From Micrococcus luteus NCTC 2665 (GTDB lineage Bacteria > Actinomycetota > Actinomycetes > Actinomycetales > Micrococcaceae): a DNA stretch of 32,000 nucleotides. Location: NCBI RefSeq assembly GCF_000023205.1, contig NC_012803.1, forward strand, positions 720,001-752,000, in the 5' to 3' direction. Below are positions 7,107-14,367 of this stretch, in pieces. The notes under the pieces are model-generated. The model ran no database searches. It had not been told where the DNA came from and was given only the letters and a program-made list of their open reading frames with translations. Positions within the stretch are counted from its first letter, which is position 1. Each line of letters begins with the position of its first letter. The position numbers and the translations under genes were made by a program.

Positions 7107-8303
7107 GTGAGCCCCTCCCGCCCCCTGCGCCTGCTGATGGACGCCCGCTACACCCGCACCGACTTCCACGACGGCATCTCCCGCTACGGCGCGAGCCTCA
7201 TCGAGGCGGTCGCCCGCCGGGCCGCCGCACCGGGCACGGCGGGCGCCGACGTCGAGGTCGCGATGCTGATCTCGGACGAGCGGCAGCTGGCCCTGCTCCC
7301 GGACGGCGTGCCGTGGCACCTCGTCTCCGGCCCCACCTCCCCACGCGAGCCGTTCGTGGCCCGTCAGGTCGCGCGTCTGCGACCGGACGTCGTCTTCTCG
7401 CCCATGCAGACCATGGGTTCGTGGGGGCGGGACTACGCCCTGATCCTCACGCTCCACGACCTCATCTACTACGAGCACCGCACCCCGCCGCGGAACCTGC
7501 CCGAGCCGATCCGCTGGCTCTGGCGGGCCTACCACCTGACCAAGACCCCGCAGCGGCTCCTGCTCGACCGCGCGGACGCGGTCGCCACGGTCTCCCGGAC
7601 GACGGCGGAGCTCATCGCCCGGCACCGCCTCACCCGGCGTCCGGTCCACGTCATCGCCAATGCGGCGCAGGCGGTCCCGGAGCCGCGGGACCCGGACGAG
7701 ACCCCGGACCGCACGCTGCTCTACATGGGCTCGTTCATGGACTACAAGGACGTCGAGTCCCTCGTGGCCGCCGCGCCCCTGCTGCCGGGCTACGAGCTGC
7801 ACCTGCTCTCCCGCATCAGCCCGGAGCGCCGCGGGCAGCTCGAGGCCCGGCTGGCCGAGCATCGCGCCGCCGCAGGAGCCGCCGGCGCGGACGTGCTGTT
7901 CCACGACGGCACCGACGAGGCCGAGTACGTGCGCCTGCTCCGCCGGGCCACCGCGGCCGTCACCCTCTCCCGCGCCGAGGGCTTCGGCCTGCCCGTGGCC
8001 GAGGCGATGGCCCATGGCACGCCGGTGGTGTGCTCGGACCTGCCGATCTTCCGCGAGATCGCCGGCGCGGGCACCCCGTCCTTCCGGGGTGTCCCGCTCG
8101 AGGGGGACCGGGCGGCCGCGCTCGCCGCCCGCGTGCGGGAGCTCGAGGACCCCGCCGAGTTCGCCGCGGCCTCCCGGGCGAGCGTCGCCCAGGCGGCCCG
8201 GTTCAGCTGGGACGAGTCCGCTCGCCGACTCGTGGACCTCACGGCCGCGCTGGGTGCGGAGCGGCGTGCGGCCAGAGCACGGATGGGCCGCTCCAGCCGA
8301 TGA
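7107..8303 (+). CDS. GT4-family glycosyltransferase
   Basis: The listed ORF 6849..8303 is over-extended. In-frame starts exist at GTG 7098, GTG 7107 and ATG 7137. The homology-like N-terminus is RPLRLLMDARYTRTDFHDGISRYG. The GT4 C-terminal motif is SRAEGFGLPVAEAMAHGTPVVCSD. Confidence 0.75.
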   Translation: MSPSRPLRLLMDARYTRTDFHDGISRYGASLIEAVARRAAAPGTAGADVEVAMLISDERQLALLPDGVPWHLVSGPTSPREPFVARQVARLRPDVVFSPMQTMGSWGRDYALILTLHDLIYYEHRTPPRNLPEPIRWLWRAYHLTKTPQRLLLDRADAVATVSRTTAELIARHRLTRRPVHVIANAAQAVPEPRDPDETPDRTLLYMGSFMDYKDVESLVAAAPLLPGYELHLLSRISPERRGQLEARLAEHRAAAGAAGADVLFHDGTDEAEYVRLLRRATAAVTLSRAEGFGLPVAEAMAHGTPVVCSDLPIFREIAGAGTPSFRGVPLEGDRAAALAARVRELEDPAEFAAASRASVAQAARFSWDESARRLVDLTAALGAERRAARARMGRSSR

Positions 8304-8913
8304 GCACCAGCGGGTCGAGGTAGCGGTCGAAGGCCGCGTCCCCCACCCGCCAGCCATCGGGCTCCCGCACGCCCCAGTGCACGCACGCCCGCGGGCAGTG
8401 GGGCGGCGTCCCGGCCAGCCGCCCCACGGGGTCGCCCGCGTCGACCACGGCCCCCACCGCGACGTCGGCCTCCACCGGCTCGAGGGAGCTGTACGTCCCG
8501 TCCGCATGCTCGAGGGTCAGCACGGGGCGGTCGACCACGACCCCGGCGAACACGACCCGGCCGGCCGCCGGTGCCTGTATCGGAGCCCCGGAGGGCACGG
8601 CGAGGTCCACGCCCCGGTGCCCTCGACTCCACGGTCGCTCGGGAGCGACGAACGCGCGGAGCACGTCATCCGGGGCGGCTCCGGCGACGGGCGGGTGCCA
8701 CGCGACCGGCGCGGCCGTCGTGCCCGGACCTGCCGGGGACGCCGCGACGAGCAGCAGCGCGTCGCGCCCCGACGGTGCGGACGCGGCCCGCGGCACGGGG
8801 TCGAGGCCGCCCACCCCCAGGGCGAGGACGAGCCAGGCGAGCAGGGCCGCCGCGACGCACCCCGCGATGTGCGGGCGCGGGAGCGGACGGGGGAGGAGGG
8901 TACGTGGCGTCAT
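8239..8913 (-). CDS. M23-family metallopeptidase (membrane-anchored)
   Basis: 224-aa ORF with an N-terminal TM segment ([19 protein letters not shown]). It carries HRGVDL (HxxxD) and an HWGV (HxH-like) motif. It is divergent from rpsB, as in many actinobacteria. Confidence 0.8.
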   Translation of the reverse strand: MTPRTLLPRPLPRPHIAGCVAAALLAWLVLALGVGGLDPVPRAASAPSGRDALLLVAASPAGPGTTAAPVAWHPPVAGAAPDDVLRAFVAPERPWSRGHRGVDLAVPSGAPIQAPAAGRVVFAGVVVDRPVLTLEHADGTYSSLEPVEADVAVGAVVDAGDPVGRLAGTPPHCPRACVHWGVREPDGWRVGDAAFDRYLDPLVLIGWSGPSVLWPHAAPHPARP

Positions 8914-9031
8914 GGCGTCAGCCTGGCGTCCCGGGCGACCGCGTGGCGGGCCCGCAGTGCGATCGTGGAGAGCGCCCGCCGCACCGGCCCCTGTGCAGGA
9001 GTCAGCGATGGGAGCGGTCGCCCACCTGGGG

Positions 9032-9037
9032 TAGGAT
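9032..9037 (+). promoter_or_regulatory. Candidate -10 element (TAGGAT) upstream of rpsB
   Basis: Context ctggggTAGGATtcacc, about 280 nt upstream of the rpsB ATG. No good -35 element is seen. Confidence 0.4.
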
Positions 9038-9317
9038 TCACCTCAGCGGTGTCCTGTGGCCAGCCCTGTGCTGTGCCCCGGACGCCGACTCCGCGCATCG
9101 CGGTGGGTCGCTCCAGCGGCCCAGCCCCCACGCTCGGTCCCGTCCCCGCCGTCCTCCTGGAGAGGGCGTCGGCGCGGGTGCTCGTGGGGCCCGGCAGCCC
9201 GCCGTCGTGATGCCAGGGGCCGCCCGACCGGGCCGGCCGCCAACCGTCAAGAAATCGACCGGCAGACCGCCCGCGCGTGAAGTGCGGGGTGCCACGGCTG
9301 CCACAGAAGGGAACGTC

Positions 9318-10175
9318 ATGCCCGTCGTGACCATGCGCCAGCTCCTCGACTCCGGTGTCCACTTCGGCCACCAGACCCGCCGCTGGAACCCCAAGATGAA
9401 GCGCTTCATCTTCACCGAGCGCAACGGCATCTACATCATCGACCTCCAGCAGTCGCTGTCCTACATCGACCGCGCCTACGAGTTCGTCAAGGAGACCGTC
9501 GCCCATGGCGGCACCATCCTGTTCGTCGGCACCAAGAAGCAGGCCCAGGAGGCCATCGCGGAGCAGGCCGGCCGCGTGGGCATGCCCTACGTGAACCACC
9601 GCTGGCTCGGCGGCATGCTGACCAACTTCTCCACCGTCTCCAAGCGCGTGCAGCGCATGAAGGAGCTCGAGGAGATCGACTTCGAGGACGTGGCCGGCTC
9701 GCAGTTCACCAAGAAGGAGCTGCTGCTGCTCAACCGTGAGCTCGAGAAGCTGCAGGCCAACCTCGGCGGCATCCGCAACATGGCCAAGACCCCCTCCGCC
9801 GTGTGGGTCGTGGACACCAAGAAGGAGCACCTGGCCGTCGACGAGGCCCAGAAGCTCGGCATCCCGGTCGTCGCCATCCTGGACACCAACTGCGATCCGG
9901 ACGAGGTCGCCTACCCGATCCCGGGCAACGACGACGCCATCCGCTCCGTGAACCTGCTGACCCGCGTGGTCGCGGACGCCGTCGCCGAGGGCCTGATCGC
10001 CCGCCAGGGCGGCAAGTCCGGCCAGGCGGCCGCCGAGCCGATGGCCGAGTGGGAGCGCGAGCTGCTCGAGCAGCACAACGCCCAGCAGGCCGAGCAGGCC
10101 GAGGCCCCCGCCGCCGAGGCGCCGGCCGAGCCGGCCGAGGCCCCCGCCGCCGAGGCCGCCCCGCAGGGCGAGTGA
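9318..10175 (+). CDS. rpsB: 30S ribosomal protein S2
   Basis: ATG at 9318 preceded by AGAAGGGAA. Begins [32 protein letters not shown]. The listed ORF 8571..10175 is over-extended at the N-terminus. The C-terminus is an Ala/Glu/Pro-rich tail. Confidence 0.97.
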   Translation: MPVVTMRQLLDSGVHFGHQTRRWNPKMKRFIFTERNGIYIIDLQQSLSYIDRAYEFVKETVAHGGTILFVGTKKQAQEAIAEQAGRVGMPYVNHRWLGGMLTNFSTVSKRVQRMKELEEIDFEDVAGSQFTKKELLLLNRELEKLQANLGGIRNMAKTPSAVWVVDTKKEHLAVDEAQKLGIPVVAILDTNCDPDEVAYPIPGNDDAIRSVNLLTRVVADAVAEGLIARQGGKSGQAAAEPMAEWERELLEQHNAQQAEQAEAPAAEAPAEPAEAPAAEAAPQGE

Positions 10176-10181
10176 TCCCTG

Positions 10182-10225
10182 CCGGTCCGTCGGCCCGGCC
10201 CCACCTGGCCGGGCCGACGGACCGG
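10182..10225 (+). terminator. Perfect 19-bp hairpin between rpsB and tsf (terminator or attenuator)
   Basis: Arms ccggtccgtcggcccggcc / ggccgggccgacggaccgg with loop ccacct, followed by ttcag. Confidence 0.6.
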
Positions 10226-10278
10226 TTCAGACCCCGAACATCCCGCACAACCCACACCACGGGAAGGACCGAACGAGC

Positions 10279-11115
10279 ATGGCGAACTACACCGCTGCTG
10301 ACATCAAGGCCCTGCGCGAGCGCACCGGCGCCGGCATGATGGACGTGAAGAAGGCTCTGGACGAGGCCGACGGCGACGCCGAGAAGGCCATCGAGATCAT
10401 CCGCGTGAAGGGCCTCAAGGGCGCCACCAAGCGCGAGGGCCGCTCCGCCGCCGAGGGCCTCGTGGCCGCGACCGTCGAGAACGGCGTCGGCGTCATGATC
10501 GAGCTCAACTGCGAGACCGACTTCGTGGCCAAGGCCGACAAGTTCATCGCCCTGGGCGACGTGGTGCTGCGCGCCGCCGTCGCCTCCGGCGCCACCGACG
10601 TCGACGGCCTGCTGGCCTCCGACTACGAGGGCCGCACCCTGGGCGACTACGTGACCGAGGAGGGCGCCCTGCTGGGCGAGAAGGTGGCCGTGCGCCGCCT
10701 GGCCCGCGTGGAGGGCGCCTTCGTGGACGCCTACCTGCACAAGACCTCCAAGGACCTGCCGGCCCAGGTGGGCGTGCTCCTCGCCGTGGACGCCGACTCC
10801 GCCGACGCCAAGACCGCCGCGCACGACATCGCCGTGCACACCGCGGCCTATTCGCCCACGTACCTCACCCGTGAGGACGTGCCGGCCGAGACCGTCGAGA
10901 ACGAGCGTCGCATCGCCGATGAGACCGCCCGTGCCGAGGGCAAGCCGGAGCAGGCCCTGCCGAAGATCGTGGAGGGCCGCCTGACCGGCTTCTTCAAGGA
11001 GATCGTGCTCGTGGACCAGCCGTTCGCGAAGGACCCGAAGCAGACCGTCGGCAAGGTCGCCTCCGACGCCGGCACCAACGTCACCGGGTTCGCCCGCTTC
11101 CGCGTCGGCAACTGA
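10279..11115 (+). CDS. tsf: Translation elongation factor Ts
   Basis: 278-aa ORF beginning MANYTAADIKALRERTGAGMMDVKKAL. It contains IELNCETDFVAK. GGGAAGGA lies upstream. Confidence 0.97.
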   Translation: MANYTAADIKALRERTGAGMMDVKKALDEADGDAEKAIEIIRVKGLKGATKREGRSAAEGLVAATVENGVGVMIELNCETDFVAKADKFIALGDVVLRAAVASGATDVDGLLASDYEGRTLGDYVTEEGALLGEKVAVRRLARVEGAFVDAYLHKTSKDLPAQVGVLLAVDADSADAKTAAHDIAVHTAAYSPTYLTREDVPAETVENERRIADETARAEGKPEQALPKIVEGRLTGFFKEIVLVDQPFAKDPKQTVGKVASDAGTNVTGFARFRVGN

Positions 11116-11162
11116 CCGCCGCACCCGGACCGGCCGCTCCCGGTCCACGCCTCGCGGGGGCG

Positions 11163-11168
11163 TAGGAT
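11163..11168 (+). promoter_or_regulatory. Candidate -10 element (TAGGAT) in the tsf-pyrH spacer
   Basis: Context gggcgTAGGATcggg, about 155 nt upstream of the preferred pyrH start. Confidence 0.35.
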
Positions 11169-11224
11169 CGGGAGCGACCCGAGGTCCACTCCGGCGCCGG
11201 ACGGCGCCGACGACCATCGCATGA

Positions 11225-11257
11225 CGGGGTGGCCGCCCCGACCGGGCGGCCACCCCG
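11225..11257 (+). other. Perfect 14-bp GC hairpin in the tsf-pyrH spacer (tsf terminator or pyrH leader attenuator)
   Basis: Arms cggggtggccgccc / gggcggccaccccg with loop cgacc. A second small palindrome (gggacggccgtccc) follows. Confidence 0.5.
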
Positions 11258-11322
11258 TCCGCGTGTCCGCCCCCGGGACGGCCGTCCCCGGCCCGACCCC
11301 CACCGACCAGGAGATGCTTCCC

Positions 11323-12090
11323 ATGGAGACGAACCGCGCCCCCGAGGACCCGACCACCGCCCACGCCCCGCAGACCTCGGACGACACCGGCCGCCGTCGC
11401 GTGCTCCTGAAGCTCTCGGGCGAGGTGTTCGGCGGCGGCAAGATCGGCGTGGACCCGGAGACCGTCCGTGGCATCGCCGAGCAGATCGCCGCCGCGGCGG
11501 ACCAGGTGGAGATCGCGATCGTCGTCGGCGGCGGCAACTTCTTCCGTGGCGCGGAGCTGTCCGAGAACGGGATGGACCGCCGCCGGGCCGACTACATGGG
11601 CATGCTCGGCACCGTGATGAACTGCCTGGCCCTGCAGGACTTCCTCATCCAGGCCGGGGTCACCACGCGCGTGCAGTCCGCCATCCACATGGAGCAGGTG
11701 GCGGAGTCCTACATCCCGCTGCGCGCCATCCGCCACATGCAGAAGGGCCGCGTCGTGATCTTCGGCGCCGGCACCGGCCTGCCCTACTTCTCCACGGACA
11801 CCGTGGCGGCCCAGCGCGCCCTCGAGGTCGGGGCGGACGAGGTCCTGATGGCCAAGTCCGGCGTGGACGGCGTCTACACCGCGGACCCCAAGAAGGACCC
11901 CACCGCCGAGCGCCTCACGCACCTGACCTACGACGAGGCGCTGCTGCGGAACATCCGCGTGATGGACCTGACGGCCATGACCATGTGCAAGGACAACAAC
12001 CTGGACATGCGCGTGTTCGGCATGGAGGGCCCGGGCAACGTGACCCGCGCCCTGCTCGGCGAGCCGATCGGCACCACCGTCACCGTCTGA
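11323..12090 (+). CDS. pyrH: UMP kinase
   Basis: I take the ATG at 11323 ([10 protein letters not shown]...), 9 nt after AGGAG. Alternative in-frame starts are 11314 and 11221. Motifs: [43 protein letters not shown]. Confidence 0.9.
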   Translation: METNRAPEDPTTAHAPQTSDDTGRRRVLLKLSGEVFGGGKIGVDPETVRGIAEQIAAAADQVEIAIVVGGGNFFRGAELSENGMDRRRADYMGMLGTVMNCLALQDFLIQAGVTTRVQSAIHMEQVAESYIPLRAIRHMQKGRVVIFGAGTGLPYFSTDTVAAQRALEVGADEVLMAKSGVDGVYTADPKKDPTAERLTHLTYDEALLRNIRVMDLTAMTMCKDNNLDMRVFGMEGPGNVTRALLGEPIGTTVTV

Positions 12091-12101
12091 GGCGCGCCGC
12101 G

Positions 12102-12107
12102 TAGGAT
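12102..12107 (+). promoter_or_regulatory. Candidate -10 element (TAGGAT) for frr
   Basis: Context ccgcgTAGGATggcgg, 37 nt upstream of the frr GTG start. Confidence 0.5.
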
Positions 12108-12143
12108 GGCGGCAGACCTGATCCACCACACCGAGGAGACACC

Positions 12144-12701
12144 GTGATCCAGGAGACCCTGCAGTCCGCCGAAGAGCAGATGGACCGCACCATCGAGGCC
12201 ACGCGTGAGGACTTCGTCTCCGTGCGCACCGGCCGCGCCAACCCGGGCCTCTACTCCAAGGTGATGGTCGACTACTACGGCTCGTTCACCCCGCTGCAGC
12301 AGCTGGCGTCCTTCACCACCACGGACGCCCGCACGCTGCTCATCACGCCGTTCGACCAGTCGGCCCTGCGCAACATCGAGAAGGCCCTGTCCGAGTCTGA
12401 GGTCGGCGCGAACCCGTCCAACGACGGCAAGGTCATCCGCATCGTGATGCCGGAGCTGACCGCGGAGCGCCGCAAGGAGTACGTGAAGCTGGTCAAGTCC
12501 AAGGCGGAGGAGCACAAGATCTCCGTGCGCAATGCCCGCCGCAAGGCCAAGGAGGCCATGGACAAGGCCGTCAAGGACGGCGAGGTCGGCGAGGACGAGG
12601 GCGCCCGCGGCGAGAAGGAGCTGGACGCGCTCACCAAGCGCCACGTCGAGCTCATCGACGAGATGGCCAAGAACAAGGAGCAGGAGCTGCTGGAGGTCTG
12701 A
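12144..12701 (+). CDS. frr: Ribosome recycling factor
   Basis: 185-aa ORF with a GTG start preceded by GAGGAG. Begins MIQETLQSAEEQMDRTIEATREDF and contains ITPFDQS. Confidence 0.97.
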   Translation: MIQETLQSAEEQMDRTIEATREDFVSVRTGRANPGLYSKVMVDYYGSFTPLQQLASFTTTDARTLLITPFDQSALRNIEKALSESEVGANPSNDGKVIRIVMPELTAERRKEYVKLVKSKAEEHKISVRNARRKAKEAMDKAVKDGEVGEDEGARGEKELDALTKRHVELIDEMAKNKEQELLEV

Positions 12702-12726
12702 TCCTCCCGCCGTCTGAGCTCGCCCC

Positions 12727-13563
12727 ATGACCTCCGCCGTGTCCACCTCGCCCGCACCCCCGCGCGGCGGCCGCGACCTCAAGTCCGCCGTCCTCGTGGG
12801 GGTGGGGCTGCTGGCGACGGCCCTGGTCGGCCTCTTCTGGTTCGACTGGCTGCTGGTCGTGCTCGTGGTCGCCCTGCTGGTCGGCGCGGTGTCCGAGATC
12901 GCGACGGCGGTACGCGGCATCGGCCTGGACGTGCCGCGGCCCCCGCTCTGGGTGGCTGCGGCGGTCCTGCCGCTGACGGCGTGGCGGTGGGGGGTGCCGG
13001 GGCTGTTCGTCGCCCTCGTGGCGTGCCTGGCCCTGGTGGCCGTGTGGACAGCGCTGACGCGCCGGCGCCCGGCGGGCCAGTTCATGCTCGCGGGCGTGTT
13101 CATCGTGCTGTGGGCGCCGTTCCTGCTCTCCTTCGCCGCGGCGCTCCTGGACGAGCCGCTGGGGCACCGCATGGTGGCGGTCCTGCTGCTGATGGTGGTC
13201 TCCAACGACACGTTCGGCTACATCGTGGGCTACCGCTTCGGCCGCACCCCGATCGCCCCGCGCATCAGCCCCAAGAAGTCCTGGGAGGGCCTGGCCGGCT
13301 CCCTGGCGGGCTCGGTGCTGGTGGGCGTCGTCGCCGTCCCCGTGCTGGTCGGCCAGCCGTGGTGGGTCGGCGCCGTCCTCGGCGTGACCACCGTCGCCGC
13401 CGCCACCTCGGGGGACTTCTCCGAGTCCATGGTCAAGCGTGAGCTCGGCATCAAGGACATGTCCTCCGCCCTGCCCGGCCACGGCGGCGTGATGGACCGC
13501 CTGGACTCCCTCGTGTTCGCCTCGCCGGTGGCCTACACCGTGCTGGCGCTGCCCCTGACCTGA
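12727..13563 (+). CDS. cdsA: Phosphatidate cytidylyltransferase (CDP-diglyceride synthase)
   Basis: 278-aa polytopic ORF with SPKKSWEGLAGS, SGDFSESMVKRELGIKD and PGHGGVMDRLDS. Confidence 0.9.
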   Translation: MTSAVSTSPAPPRGGRDLKSAVLVGVGLLATALVGLFWFDWLLVVLVVALLVGAVSEIATAVRGIGLDVPRPPLWVAAAVLPLTAWRWGVPGLFVALVACLALVAVWTALTRRRPAGQFMLAGVFIVLWAPFLLSFAAALLDEPLGHRMVAVLLLMVVSNDTFGYIVGYRFGRTPIAPRISPKKSWEGLAGSLAGSVLVGVVAVPVLVGQPWWVGAVLGVTTVAAATSGDFSESMVKRELGIKDMSSALPGHGGVMDRLDSLVFASPVAYTVLALPLT

Positions 13564-13612
13564 TCCACCCCTCGACCCGGCACGTCCGGGACCCGCACCG
13601 CAGGAGACGCCC

Positions 13613-14212
13613 ATGACCCCCCGCACCACCCCGGACGCCGAGCCGGTCTTCGAGCTCGTCGAGCAGGACGAGATCGGCTACGAGACCACCCACGTGGACG
13701 CCTTCATGGCGCGTGCCCGTGAGGCACGCGACGGCGGTGCCCCGCTGACGGCGGAGGAGGTGCGCCAGGCCCGCTTCGCGACCGTCAACGGCGGCTACGC
13801 CACGGACGAGGTGGATGACGAGCTGGACCGCCTCGAAGAGGAGCTGGCCGCCGCCGAGCGTCAGGCCTTCGTCGCCGAGCGCGGGGACGAGGACTGGGCC
13901 GCAGACCTCGAGGAGCGCGTGGCCGAGCTCGTGGCCCGTGCCGACCGGGCCCCGGCGGAGCGCTTCCGCCGCCCCTCCCGCGCGGACGCCGTGAGCTACG
14001 ACGTGGACCAGGTGGACGCGCTCGTGGACCGCCTGCGCGTCACCCTGGCCGGTGCGGAGGACTCGACGGATCCCGACGCCGAAGGCGGGCTGACCGCGGA
14101 CGACGTGCGCCGCGCGGCGTTCGGCGAGGCCGAGGGTGCCGCCGGCTACGAGGAGGGCCAGGTCGACGCCTACCTTGACGCCGCCGTCGACGTGCTGCTG
14201 CGCCGCGCCTGA
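13613..14212 (+). CDS. DivIVA-domain-containing protein with four internal GY-x3-VD-x2-LD-type repeats
   Basis: 199-aa acidic ORF with AGGAGA upstream. The repeats are GYETTHVDAFMARA, GYATDEVDDELDRL, SYDVDQVDALVDRL and GYEEGQVDAYLDAA. Confidence 0.65.
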   Translation: MTPRTTPDAEPVFELVEQDEIGYETTHVDAFMARAREARDGGAPLTAEEVRQARFATVNGGYATDEVDDELDRLEEELAAAERQAFVAERGDEDWAADLEERVAELVARADRAPAERFRRPSRADAVSYDVDQVDALVDRLRVTLAGAEDSTDPDAEGGLTADDVRRAAFGEAEGAAGYEEGQVDAYLDAAVDVLLRRA

Positions 14213-14262
14213 CACCCGGCCCTCGCGCGGCGGCCCCGGGAGAGTGGCGCAGATCACACTGA

Positions 14263-14278
14263 AGTGATTACAATCACA
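14263..14278 (+). promoter_or_regulatory. CRP/GlxR-type box AGTGA-ttacaa-TCACA upstream of the 2-oxoacid dehydrogenase operon
   Basis: 9/10 match to TGTGA-N6-TCACA, in the AT-rich patch gatcacactgaagtgattacaatcacacc, about 90 nt upstream of the GTG at 14368. An extra TCACA half-site lies at 14254..14258. Confidence 0.55.
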
Positions 14279-14367
14279 CCACCGAGACGCCGCGCGCTCC
14301 ACCCCTGCTCGCGCATGCGTACAACTCCCTCGCCCCGCACCGTGGGCGTCGATCGGAAGGCAGTCCA

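Noticed and set aside
6795-8507. Upstream 570 aa of the listed 865-aa ORF 5910..8507 (minus strand)
   Set aside because: Only the last 294 aa (from ATG 6794) form a coherent signal peptide-LysM-LysM-NlpC/P60 protein. The upstream part crosses an AT-rich promoter-like spacer and lies antisense to a well-supported GT4 gene.
8571-9317. N-terminal extensions of listed ORFs: 8571..10175 for rpsB, 998..2680 for the AKR, 16367..18022 for E2, 28076..30766 for rseP, 24876..25832 for citE and 25887..26408 for DUF485
   Set aside because: In each case the conserved protein begins at an internal ATG/GTG that has an RBS or a coupling overlap. The extension is Arg/Pro/Gly-rich, overlaps the upstream gene or spacer, and has no homology-like features.
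10085-10172. Direct repeats in the 3' end of rpsB (gccgaggcccccgccgccgaggc occurs twice)
   Set aside because: They are explained by the in-frame Ala/Glu/Pro low-complexity tail (AEAPAAEAP...) of S2. This is not an independent repeat element or a CRISPR-like array.
11221-11322. Earlier pyrH start at ATG 11221 (289-aa version)
   Set aside because: The extra 34 aa ([31 protein letters not shown]...) would be translated through a perfect 14-bp hairpin and look non-conserved. ATG 11323 has an AGGAG at good spacing. I keep it as an alternative only.
11116-11322. PyrR-type pyrimidine attenuator in the pyrH leader
   Set aside because: No ARUCCAGAGAGGYU-like PyrR binding loop is visible in the spacer, and pyrH is not a known PyrR target.
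9730-12129. 799-aa minus-strand ORF antisense to rpsB, tsf and pyrH
   Set aside because: It lies antisense to universally conserved translation genes and its translation has no domain-like sequence. It is a GC artefact.
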